Below are positions 17,784-26,639 of a DNA stretch of 64,000 bases, piece after piece; the stretch's first letter is position 1, and each line of letters opens with the position of its first letter. Under the pieces are notes generated by a model that saw nothing but the letters and a program-made list of their open reading frames with translations, did no database searches and was not told the origin of the DNA. Location: IMG/VR virus record IMGVR_UViG_3300023083_000001, positions 124,001 through 188,000 of that record; one strand, written 5' to 3'. A program made the position numbers and the translations under genes.

Positions 17784-19259
17784 GTGAGTTACGCAGATCT
17801 TTTCAAGAAGAAAGCTGACCCGTTTTACCCAATGCCTAACACGGGCACGATTCTCGACATCTCTGCCGGTAACTGGGTAGATGGTCACAAAGGACAGAAG
17901 ATCCTGAACGGTGGCTTCGCACTCTTCTGGGCAATTGCTGCATTGCCAAACATGTTCAAGTCCACCATCGCTGCGTTCTGCTCTGGCGCGGTGTTGCGAG
18001 CGTTTCCTGATTCCACTCTGCATGTGCACGACACCGAAACCACGATGGTGATCGAGCGCGTCGAGCGTATGACTCGGATGGCCATGGGTGTACGCAGCGC
18101 GTACAACCGTGTACCTGAGAACCTGATGGATGCTGGCCGTATGTTCTTCACCCGTTCGGTGGATTATGACGGGACTGAGTTGATGGAGCTGATCAAAGGT
18201 TTCTCCAAGGAACGTAAGAAGTCCGAGAAGAAGATTGACCTGGAAATCCTCCACCCAGGCACCGGTGGGCTTTATGCCTATTACAATCCAGTGTTGGAAT
18301 TCTGGGATTCGTTCTCTGGCCTTAAAGCTGAAAACGCTGAGACCATGCTGACAGAAGGTAAGGTAGGCCACAAAGACCTGAACATGCTGGCCATGCGTGT
18401 CAACAGCGGCAAGAGCCAAATGGTTGAGCAAATCCCTGATCTGTGCGCTTCTTCTGCAATCTATCTGTTGGCCACCGCTCACGTCGGTCAGGCGTATCAG
18501 CTCGATCCGCACAAACCAAACGTCAAGACTTTGAAGTTCCTCAAAGGGGAAGTCAAACTCAAACGTGTACCTGAGAACTTCAGCTTCCAGACCGGCAACT
18601 GTTACGTCGTGACCGGTATGTCGACGATGATCAACGGCACCGGTAAGGACGCCAAACCGCAATACCCATACACCCCAGGTGATGAAGACGGTCAGAACGA
18701 CTTGATGGAAATCAAGCTGACCAATATGCGGGGTAAGTTCGGTATCTCTAACGTCGCACTGCCGCTGGTGATTTCGCAGAAAGACGGCTTGCTGCCTTAC
18801 ATGTCCAACTTCGAATACTTGAAAGCCGAAGCCGGTCGGTTTGGTATCGTGGGTAACGACCGTAACTATAGTTTGGCATTCACACCTGACGTCAAAATGC
18901 AGCGTACAGACATCCGTCAGAAGTTCCGCGAGAACGAGAAGTGCGTCACGGCTGCTTACCATCTTGTGAACATGCACTGGATGTTCACGTACTGGAACGA
19001 GTTCGATCAGGATCTGGTATGCGATCCCACCGAATTGTACGAAGAAATCAAACGGATGGGTTACGACTGGGATTTGCTCCTGGATACTCGTTATTGGTTC
19101 ATGCCGGTCATTGCCGGTGAAGGCATTCCATTTATCAGTACAATGGATCTGCTGCGTATGCGTACGGGTAAGTATCACCCGTATTGGTATCCAAAATCAC
19201 GCAAAGAAATGGGCCTACCCGAGATCGAGTCTCAAGGGAGTATCCCCGTTAAGAAATAA
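17784..19259 (+). CDS. uvsX: UvsX/RecA-like recombinase (phiKZ gp152-like)
   Basis: NTG..LDI..G, variant Walker A ALPNMFKST, DTE, Walker B FWDS, ATAH. Confidence 0.85.
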   Translation: MSYADLFKKKADPFYPMPNTGTILDISAGNWVDGHKGQKILNGGFALFWAIAALPNMFKSTIAAFCSGAVLRAFPDSTLHVHDTETTMVIERVERMTRMAMGVRSAYNRVPENLMDAGRMFFTRSVDYDGTELMELIKGFSKERKKSEKKIDLEILHPGTGGLYAYYNPVLEFWDSFSGLKAENAETMLTEGKVGHKDLNMLAMRVNSGKSQMVEQIPDLCASSAIYLLATAHVGQAYQLDPHKPNVKTLKFLKGEVKLKRVPENFSFQTGNCYVVTGMSTMINGTGKDAKPQYPYTPGDEDGQNDLMEIKLTNMRGKFGISNVALPLVISQKDGLLPYMSNFEYLKAEAGRFGIVGNDRNYSLAFTPDVKMQRTDIRQKFRENEKCVTAAYHLVNMHWMFTYWNEFDQDLVCDPTELYEEIKRMGYDWDLLLDTRYWFMPVIAGEGIPFISTMDLLRMRTGKYHPYWYPKSRKEMGLPEIESQGSIPVKK

Positions 19260-19270
19260 GGAAACTGTTC

Positions 19271-19558
19271 ATGTCTACCACCTCCCTGACCGGTAAGGTC
19301 TACAACCTGCTTGAAGAGCGAAAGCCTGAGTTGGCCGAGAACTTCAAGCATGGCTTCAATGGCACTTCCTCGACTGACGAAGAAGAAGTCAAACTCCTCA
19401 ACCGTTATTTTCGTGCAGTCCTCGCTACAGCGCCAGTTTCGACTGTCGATGAGCGTGGCTGCCTGATGGACAACTTGGCGCCTGATACTTGGCTCAAGTA
19501 TTTCAAGTCTCACGCCCTGCCGACCCTTCTGCGGTTCGATCTGCCTGCTCAGGAGTAA
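19271..19558 (+). CDS. Hypothetical protein
   Basis: AAGGA SD; in operon. Confidence 0.65.
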   Translation: MSTTSLTGKVYNLLEERKPELAENFKHGFNGTSSTDEEEVKLLNRYFRAVLATAPVSTVDERGCLMDNLAPDTWLKYFKSHALPTLLRFDLPAQE

Positions 19559-19564
19559 TCCAAG

Positions 19565-20299
19565 ATGAACGCTAAACGTAAGCAAGTCACGGCATTCATC
19601 TTGGAGAACATCGGCAAGATCGTACCGGAAGACAAAACTAACGTTGAGCTTCTGAAGAAGCAATTCGACGCAATGTCGGACGAAGAGTTTGAGGCACAAA
19701 TCAGGAAGTTCGCTCCGGCGAAGACTCCTGAGGAAATCGCTCAGCGTGAGTGTCTTCCTTTCTACATGCCAAACCTGGGTAAACACAGGGTTTCTATTGC
19801 ACGCAACTATGGCCTGGCTCGAGCTTTGGGGAGGAGTCTTGAGCACCGTCTAATCATGACGGACGGCGCCAGTGGTTTGCAGTACGTGACGCCTCACCCT
19901 TATCCGGTATACGACATGGCTGTACGTCGTCAAGCGCAGACGATCCCTAAGAAGCGCTCGATTCCTGAGCACAACCAACGGATCAACGATCTCACGGGTC
20001 AGCCTACCAATGATTCTAAAGGTAGCCGTATCTCTGCGCCTGAGCACGTGTCGCTTTCGTCTCGTCGGTTGGACAATACGTTGCTGGAGTTCCTTAAAGT
20101 ACGCGGTGGCGATAACGCAGCGTATCGGGAGTTCAAACGCTTGCTGACTGAACAAGGTGAAGTGAATATGTCCGACCTCTTGGGGTTGGGTATCGCCAAG
20201 TCTGTCGAGACAGCTGCGGTGTTCTTCAACTGCATCCACATCGGCAATAACCTCGATCCGAGCACACCGGTACCAGATGATGCCAGAGCCACTAAGTAA
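19565..20299 (+). CDS. Virion RNA polymerase beta subunit, C-terminal part (phiKZ gp149-like)
   Basis: RRQAQ..KK.SI...DLTGQPT..SKGSRIS.PE...L...TLLEFLKVRGGD matches the RNAP beta C-terminal region (TQQP..G.R..E...TL.E.L.VKSDD). Confidence 0.85.
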   Translation: MNAKRKQVTAFILENIGKIVPEDKTNVELLKKQFDAMSDEEFEAQIRKFAPAKTPEEIAQRECLPFYMPNLGKHRVSIARNYGLARALGRSLEHRLIMTDGASGLQYVTPHPYPVYDMAVRRQAQTIPKKRSIPEHNQRINDLTGQPTNDSKGSRISAPEHVSLSSRRLDNTLLEFLKVRGGDNAAYREFKRLLTEQGEVNMSDLLGLGIAKSVETAAVFFNCIHIGNNLDPSTPVPDDARATK

Positions 20300-20786
20300 C
20301 GTCGAGTTGATTCAACTCGCTGAAGATATCGCCATGCGTCAGGTGATCCACGCTGTACGTGGGGCGGCTATCTTGAAGCTTGGTATGGAAGCGCGGTTCT
20401 CCATTGTTTGGCGGACTACACTTCACTCCAATACTTCAGCTGCAAAAGTTTGGGCAAGACTTGAGTCCCAAGGGATTGAAATGGAAACACTGATGTCCAT
20501 GGTCGGTGAGTTCTGCTTACGTGCTGGACCGTTACCCGCCTCGTTCTACGAGAACATGGCAGCCAGTCTGTCGTGGGGTTCATCGTCAGCTTCATTACCT
20601 GACGAGATCAGAACGTTCTCAGCCAAGAATACGGATTACAAGGAAGTGTTGACACTCAATCCATGGTTGGTCTTTCTCTACCTGTTGTCAATGTCTGACA
20701 TTGTGCAACGGTTGGATACGGTCCTACCAAAGAACATGCGTTCCGGCGCAAACCTTACGACTCCTCCTAAGGGTGAAGAAGCATGA
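20277..20786 (+). CDS. Conserved hypothetical protein
   Basis: Overlapping member of the operon. Confidence 0.6.
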   Translation: MMPEPLSNVELIQLAEDIAMRQVIHAVRGAAILKLGMEARFSIVWRTTLHSNTSAAKVWARLESQGIEMETLMSMVGEFCLRAGPLPASFYENMAASLSWGSSSASLPDEIRTFSAKNTDYKEVLTLNPWLVFLYLLSMSDIVQRLDTVLPKNMRSGANLTTPPKGEEA

Positions 20787-21526
20787 GGCAACGAGCATTA
20801 GTCGATGTGGACTTACTGCTCGATACCAGATACGGCACAATCAAGCGTATCGACGAGACAATCGCCGATACGCTGGTTGGGTCTAATTTGTATCGACAAC
20901 GACATCACGATAATTTTGACCTCCTCACCAACGGTCTAATTGACCGTGCGGTGTACAAAGACCTGTATGCCAAACGTGACGAAGAAACGCTGTATCACTC
21001 ACGTATGACAGACTTCGTCTACCACCTGCGTCAGGACGTCTTACACGGCCTGGAGAACAAGGATCGAGGTGTATTGATCGAAGACCTTGAAGTCGACATC
21101 AACCTCTACCCCTACGATCTCGCCGATGAATCTGCTGAAACGATTCGCCGAGCGGTTGCGCATTATTTACCGGCTCCGGTTAATGTCAACGTCGTCAGAC
21201 TTTCACCTGAAGCGCTGAACCCGACGTACGTCGATAACTCCTACGAGATGTTGGCTTACTACAATCACGAGGATTGGTTGATCCCTCATCAAGAGGCGTT
21301 GATCAAACATCCTTTACCGACCACTGTCATGATCACACCCATGATCTCAACCAGCGGTGTAGTACCTGCACCTACCCAGGAAATCCGAGATCCGTTTTTA
21401 TGCCGCTCGGCTATCCTGGTAAAGTTTCTGGCACTGCAATATGTAGAAGCTGAGAAAGCCTGCTACAACCCGCTGGTGCGTGAGGAGATCATCCGGGCTC
21501 GTACTCAATCGTCTGAAGGGACGTAG
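20783..21526 (+). CDS. Conserved phiKZ-like protein with HAD-like N-terminal DxD motif
   Basis: ALVDVDLLLDTR; ATGA overlap with the previous gene. Confidence 0.55.
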   Translation: MRQRALVDVDLLLDTRYGTIKRIDETIADTLVGSNLYRQRHHDNFDLLTNGLIDRAVYKDLYAKRDEETLYHSRMTDFVYHLRQDVLHGLENKDRGVLIEDLEVDINLYPYDLADESAETIRRAVAHYLPAPVNVNVVRLSPEALNPTYVDNSYEMLAYYNHEDWLIPHQEALIKHPLPTTVMITPMISTSGVVPAPTQEIRDPFLCRSAILVKFLALQYVEAEKACYNPLVREEIIRARTQSSEGT

Positions 21527-21951
21527 TGATGGATAGACAGAGGTTGCTCACCCTGAGCATCTTCGCCTTGCAGCAGGTCTACATGAGGCAGTCGGAAGTT
21601 ATCGGGTTCGATGCGGTCTACCCGCTCAGCGATAGGTAGTGGTGCATCGTCGCTGACCATGAACGGATCACGGTTACCCAACATGTTCTGAATGGATTTA
21701 AATGCTTGCAACGCCAGTTTACCGTTGTTCGCATCCTTCTCTTCGATGTTGAGCTTACGGGTGGTCAATGCCGCGTTGTCCATGTCGCAGATCAGTTGAC
21801 GGACTTCAGCAAACTTGGCGGTCAGGTTAACGCCATTATCTGTGAGTTCGTCAAACATGCGAAAGCGCATGTGTTGGGTAAAGTTGACAACGTCACCCGG
21901 TTCTGTGGAATTAGGTTGTACAGTTCTGATATCTTCTCGATTACTTTCCAT
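21505..21951 (-). CDS. Hypothetical protein
   Basis: AGGAG SD; 3' end overlaps the convergent gene. Confidence 0.65.
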   Translation of the reverse strand: MESNREDIRTVQPNSTEPGDVVNFTQHMRFRMFDELTDNGVNLTAKFAEVRQLICDMDNAALTTRKLNIEEKDANNGKLALQAFKSIQNMLGNRDPFMVSDDAPLPIAERVDRIEPDNFRLPHVDLLQGEDAQGEQPLSIHHYVPSDD

Positions 21952-21974
21952 TGCTATTCTCCTAAGGAGTGGGT

Positions 21975-22487
21975 ATGTTTCTCAAACGATTGTTTCGGCG
22001 CTGGTTTCCAGAGGAAGTTACCGTCCCCTCTGAACCGGTCTGGCCGGAAGAAATCTGGGCACGAATGTACGCCATGGCAGACTATGCGCGCGGTTTACAA
22101 ATAGGTGAGTTGGGCATTCGTTACATGGACGTTGAAGTGGAAGTCACAACGTCAAGTATGCATCAGTTATTCAGACGCATTGAAACCATGCTCAGTTGCA
22201 TAGATATTCAGGGCGATCCTCCCGAATGGTGGGGTGCGCGTAATCGTGACAAGAAGTTACTAAGTCTGGCTGAGTTCTACTTCGACAGGCGTAATGGCTA
22301 TCGCTCGCCACAACAGGTGCACGATAAGTTAGTCGAAAAGGTCTCAGTCATACATCACCTAATTGAGTCTCAGGATATCAATGACCGTCACCTCTACTAT
22401 CACTACATGAAGCGTGAATTCTTTCAGGTGGTGAGTGATATTGTAGAAGTGTTAACGGCATCGATCGCTCTGAGTAAACCCGAGTAA
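21975..22487 (+). CDS. Hypothetical protein
   Basis: AAGGAG SD before ATG 21975. Confidence 0.65.
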   Translation: MFLKRLFRRWFPEEVTVPSEPVWPEEIWARMYAMADYARGLQIGELGIRYMDVEVEVTTSSMHQLFRRIETMLSCIDIQGDPPEWWGARNRDKKLLSLAEFYFDRRNGYRSPQQVHDKLVEKVSVIHHLIESQDINDRHLYYHYMKREFFQVVSDIVEVLTASIALSKPE

Positions 22488-22557
22488 TAAACCCGTTTGT
22501 CCTAATTGCCGAACCGTCACCTATGTGTGTAAGTTCGGACACGCTAAAGGATACGTA

Positions 22558-23031
22558 ATGAACAACAAGTCGACCTTCCGAGAGTTATTGCTCGATCCTG
22601 AGAAGAAAAGGAGTGAAGCTGAAAATGAGTTAGCCTATCTGTTCCGAGATATCATGCTCGCCCATGGCGTGAATCCCAGTGAATGGGACCGTAGGCTCGA
22701 TATGTACTATCGAAGGCTATACACCAACTCCAGAGGTGAGGTTGATCTGATCAAGGTCAATCAGGAAAAGAGTAACTTGGTTCGAGCTTTGGCCAAGGAC
22801 ACGTTACCTTGGAAACGTTTCAACACATCCCTCCAGCTGATGGGTCCTGAGAGTTACACGATCATCATCGAGCTGACGTACAGGGATGGGCGAACACATA
22901 CGCACAAGGTTAAGATTCGTAATCGTCTCGCCGAGATGTTGGCTTTACAACAAGCTATCGAAGCGCACGATGAGGATGAAGAACTGGACCCAAATCAGCT
23001 GACATTGAACTTGGACGATGATGATGAGTGA
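22558..23031 (+). CDS. Conserved phiKZ-like hypothetical protein with acidic tail
   Basis: AAGGA SD before ATG 22558; D/E-rich C-terminus. Confidence 0.65.
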   Translation: MNNKSTFRELLLDPEKKRSEAENELAYLFRDIMLAHGVNPSEWDRRLDMYYRRLYTNSRGEVDLIKVNQEKSNLVRALAKDTLPWKRFNTSLQLMGPESYTIIIELTYRDGRTHTHKVKIRNRLAEMLALQQAIEAHDEDEELDPNQLTLNLDDDDE

Positions 23032-23506
23032 ACCTGTCAAAGTACTCAACCCGGAAGAAGATGGGATTACCCACATTAACACATACACCAAGGGTAAGAC
23101 TCGCCTAGGTCGCCTGCTGACTAACCTGGCAGATATCCCTGTAACGCATCCCAAGTACGGCATGTTCCGCTGCGCTGAAGGTTTGTGGTATTACATGCGA
23201 ACCGGTTGCAAGTATGAGAACCTGCGTGCGTTGACTGGCTTTGATGCGAAGAAGCTCGGTGTAACATTGGAAGTCGTTTGGATGGATGACTTCGAAGAGC
23301 AATTCAAGATCGCGCTGCGTAACAAGATCCAATCACATCCAGAGTTACATGAGTTGTTCATCAACTCGACTTTGCCGTTTGAACATTACTACTTCTACGG
23401 CAGTAACAAACCCGGTATTGCGCCCAAAGTGATTGAACCAAAGAACGTGAAATGGCTGACTGAGTTCTTCACAGAGTTGCGTGGAGAATGGCGGACTAAA
23501 GAGTAA
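23024..23506 (+). CDS. NADAR (YbiA)-like protein
   Basis: LTNL...P......F.CAEGLWY...AKKLG...W...FKIALRNKIQSHPEL..L..ST resembles the NADAR pattern. Confidence 0.55.
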   Translation: MSEPVKVLNPEEDGITHINTYTKGKTRLGRLLTNLADIPVTHPKYGMFRCAEGLWYYMRTGCKYENLRALTGFDAKKLGVTLEVVWMDDFEEQFKIALRNKIQSHPELHELFINSTLPFEHYYFYGSNKPGIAPKVIEPKNVKWLTEFFTELRGEWRTKE

Positions 23507-23513
23507 TGTTCAA

Positions 23514-23555
23514 TCCGACGGGGAAACCCGTCGGAGCTACACTTCTTTTTTTTGT
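23514..23555 (+). terminator. Terminator with TACACTTCTTTTTTTT tail
   Basis: TCCGACGGG-GAAA-CCCGTCGGA then GCTACACTTCTTTTTTTTG. Confidence 0.8.
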
Positions 23556-23592
23556 TTATGATGTGTCTTAACAATCGAATTCTGAGGTAATC

Positions 23593-24588
23593 ATGGCAAG
23601 TCGTCTGGCTTCTACAGTGTTTCAAGGCAGCGCGAAAGATGCCATGGTGGTGGAGGACGCCTACAAAGTCTCCACAGCCGAAACTCGCAACAGTTTGTTT
23701 GACAGTGCCAAAGGTATCTACGGTGATGCAGTCAGTGGGTTGTACGCTAACAAAGGTTCTATCCGTGAACTGGCCGCCGTAGTCTTAGCAGCCAAAGCCG
23801 GGACCATCAGTAAGGCAGACATGCTGGAACGCTCCCTGAGCGCGTTAGGTTCGTCCCTGCCTAGTCTCTTAGGTCAACTGGGCGGAACGCTTAAGAACAC
23901 CATTGCAGGCTTTCTGCCGGACGGTGTTGGCGACACGATGGGTGTCGTCTACAATAACGCTCAGCTGATCCTCAGCGTGGCTAACATTTCCAACGCTCAG
24001 GACTCTGCGGAGTTCTTGGCTGAGTTAACCGGTAACAGCGATCTACTGAAGGTCGTGAACATCGGTGCCGAGAGTGCGATCTTTGGGGGTATCCTTAAAG
24101 AGTTGATGTCGTTTGGTATTCCTGAACTGATGGATGATGTTATCGATCAGATCCAGAATGAGACGGTCAAGGCTAACGCACTCGCTTACTTGTCGACCTC
24201 AGCTGTCAATGGTTCTGACTTGGTCATGACCAACAAGATCATTGATGTGATTGGTCTGACCGCTTTCCTTGAACAGAACCCGGACGCAATCAACCGTACA
24301 CTGTCAAGCTTCTTCTTTGGTACGCTGGATACCGTTGATACCTATCCTGCCAAACGCATCGAACTGCTTGCGTTACTGACTCGCATTGATGCTCATTGGT
24401 CTGAGTCCTTGCGCAATGGTGCTTACATCAAGAACCTGGAACCGTTTACAGTCTGTAGTCCTGATGCAAAGACCTTGATGCTGATGGCAGCGCCTGAACG
24501 CACGTTAACGTTGGCCGCTGCAAAGTATCCACGTAACAACATCAATTCAATCATCAAAGGTTTGTACCCAGACGCTTACATTCCCTGA
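23593..24588 (+). CDS. Putative virion structural protein
   Basis: 331 aa, GAGG SD, TATG about 35 nt upstream. Confidence 0.55.
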   Translation: MASRLASTVFQGSAKDAMVVEDAYKVSTAETRNSLFDSAKGIYGDAVSGLYANKGSIRELAAVVLAAKAGTISKADMLERSLSALGSSLPSLLGQLGGTLKNTIAGFLPDGVGDTMGVVYNNAQLILSVANISNAQDSAEFLAELTGNSDLLKVVNIGAESAIFGGILKELMSFGIPELMDDVIDQIQNETVKANALAYLSTSAVNGSDLVMTNKIIDVIGLTAFLEQNPDAINRTLSSFFFGTLDTVDTYPAKRIELLALLTRIDAHWSESLRNGAYIKNLEPFTVCSPDAKTLMLMAAPERTLTLAAAKYPRNNINSIIKGLYPDAYIP

Positions 24589-24630
24589 CAGCATACAGCC
24601 CCGGCCTTGGCCGGGGCTGTATGTCGTTTA
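24586..24630. terminator. Bidirectional CATA..TATG hairpin; near-copy of 59715-59761
   Basis: TGACAGCATACAGCCCCGGCC-TTG-GCCGGGGCTGTATGTCG. Confidence 0.75.
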
Positions 24631-26592
24631 TGGCCGATCGGTAGGTAGGGACAACGCTTTAATCAAGTCCCCTGTCATACCGCTCATCAAACCAGACGCA
24701 ACACGCGCTGCCGATTTCCATTGATTGAACTCAGCACGGCTACGCGCCATGTTAAGCTGCCATTTACGGGTGACGTTGATCTGAGTCTCCAAAGGAATAC
24801 TCGCCAAGGTCGCCAGGTAGTCCGTATACTTGTTGTCCTCACTGTACGTCGAGGCTGCAAGTGCACTCACCACACTGTTGTTACCCAAGTTACCACCACG
24901 CAGCGCTTGTTCTGCTAACGTGAACGCACCCTGTACGTTACTGAAGCCAGGGTTGATTGGCATGGACATGATGGTAGACAGATCCACAATCGTCACTGTC
25001 ACATCGATACCCAAGCACTTACCACCCTTAGCCCAACCTACATCGCCCACCCCCCGTTCGATGGAAATGGATTCAACCATCCCTTCACGGATTTGAGTAC
25101 GACCTTGGTTGAACACTTCCAGCAAGAACGGACCATCGTAACTAGCCCGGCCTGTCGCACGAGGTAGACCCAGTGCCAAGATAGCGGACAATGGCAAGAA
25201 GATGTTTTTCATCCTCACCCAGTCATCAGCTGCCCACGCTCTGAGTGGAATCGTAAAGCTGGTCCGGTTAAGGTCAGCTGAAGAGGATTCGTACAGTTTC
25301 TGGATGTCAGCAAATGCACCACCTGCCACCGCCATGAAGCCTTCGACCTGAGCAGCTTGTAGAACGCCGTTCATGATGTCTGTGGCTGCACCTACGATGG
25401 CTTGTACCGGTCCACCGATGTTACCATCGGCAAAGTTGAAACGTGCCATACGCGCCTTTGCAGACGCCCCGTTGATGGTGGACTGAATACTGGATTCAGT
25501 AGCGCTGTTATTGAAGCTTTCACTTTGCGTCCCCGTGTGGTTTACACGGAAGGTTACAAAGTCAGCACCCATCCTGGCTTCAGCTTTACCTTGCTGAACC
25601 ATCTCACTGACCCAGCTTTCTTCAGTGGTGTCTTCATCGGGTGTGCTTGGTTTCTTCGTGTCGTATTTACCTGAAAGTGCCAGGTAGGCTTTCTCGTATT
25701 CCTTGAGACTTGCCCCTGGATCTTTCAAGTCCTGGATACCGGCATCAATACCGTCGTACATGATCTTGGCAAACTCTTCAGCGCGCTTGGCTGGATCGTT
25801 TGTCAACCCTGCAAGTTTAGCGTCGAGCATCTCACGATACTTGTTAGCCAGACGTTGCGGTTTAGTGCTGATGCGGAACACATCGATACCACCGTCTTCC
25901 ATCACGATGTTACCGAGGATTCGGTGCATCTGCGCACCGTCGGCTTTATCAGGTACAGCCAATGGATCGAAGTAACGCTTCTGCTCATCGTTGACGTAGT
26001 GAGGACTCATCCCCATGTTAACGAACAGTGCATTGACCATGTTACTGACCGCGTACCAATAGAGGTACATGGTGGGTTTGAGGTAGTAGTACTTGGAGCG
26101 AGGCATACCGGTGAAGAAGTTGATCATCGATCCTGCCAGAATAAACGGCTGGAACGGAAGAGTTCCGATAACACCTGCTACTTGACCGACTTCAAACCAG
26201 ATACTCGGTGCACGACCAGTCCTTGCTACAGAGCCTGCATAGACGTTGTAGAAGTTCCCGAAGAAGGTTGTCATCGAGTTGAATTTAGGGACACCCGCAC
26301 GAATGTGGATCAGTTGCGAGTTATCGTCCAGTACTTCACTCCACCAACGGCCGACTCCATCGGAGCCACTGTAGATGGATTTGTGTTTCAGGTCACAGTT
26401 AGCTGTAAACTGTGAAAGGGGGTTCATTGCAAAATGGCCACCCATGGAGGTGTCGGTAAACTTCCGCGTGGCTGTCGTGTGGTAGCGTCGACGATTGTTC
26501 ACCGCATCGGACAATGCACTTGGAGGTGCAAGGAATGCATGTCCCGCCCATGTGCGGTCTAGCAAATACTTACGTGCCATATGGACGTCCAT
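24628..26592 (-). CDS. Tail/baseplate structural protein (phiKZ gp182-like)
   Basis: Directly downstream of the gp181-like gene; tube-initiator-like motifs (G.VESISIERG...IDVTVTIVDL). Confidence 0.7.
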   Translation of the reverse strand: MDVHMARKYLLDRTWAGHAFLAPPSALSDAVNNRRRYHTTATRKFTDTSMGGHFAMNPLSQFTANCDLKHKSIYSGSDGVGRWWSEVLDDNSQLIHIRAGVPKFNSMTTFFGNFYNVYAGSVARTGRAPSIWFEVGQVAGVIGTLPFQPFILAGSMINFFTGMPRSKYYYLKPTMYLYWYAVSNMVNALFVNMGMSPHYVNDEQKRYFDPLAVPDKADGAQMHRILGNIVMEDGGIDVFRISTKPQRLANKYREMLDAKLAGLTNDPAKRAEEFAKIMYDGIDAGIQDLKDPGASLKEYEKAYLALSGKYDTKKPSTPDEDTTEESWVSEMVQQGKAEARMGADFVTFRVNHTGTQSESFNNSATESSIQSTINGASAKARMARFNFADGNIGGPVQAIVGAATDIMNGVLQAAQVEGFMAVAGGAFADIQKLYESSSADLNRTSFTIPLRAWAADDWVRMKNIFLPLSAILALGLPRATGRASYDGPFLLEVFNQGRTQIREGMVESISIERGVGDVGWAKGGKCLGIDVTVTIVDLSTIMSMPINPGFSNVQGAFTLAEQALRGGNLGNNSVVSALAASTYSEDNKYTDYLATLASIPLETQINVTRKWQLNMARSRAEFNQWKSAARVASGLMSGMTGDLIKALSLPTDRP

Positions 26593-26595
26593 CCC

Positions 26596-26630
26596 AAAGA
26601 GAAAGAAACGGGTGGGAGTTACCCCACCCG
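26596..26630 (-). terminator. Intrinsic terminator/attenuator between the gp181-like and gp182-like genes
   Basis: CGGGTGGG..CCCACCCG followed on - by TTTCTTTCTCTTT. Confidence 0.6.
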
Positions 26631-26639
26631 ATCTGTGGT

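Noticed and set aside
17745-19178. 477-aa antisense ORF over uvsX, and similar ones over vRNAP, terminase and gp181-like genes
   Set aside because: Antisense shadows of well-supported genes
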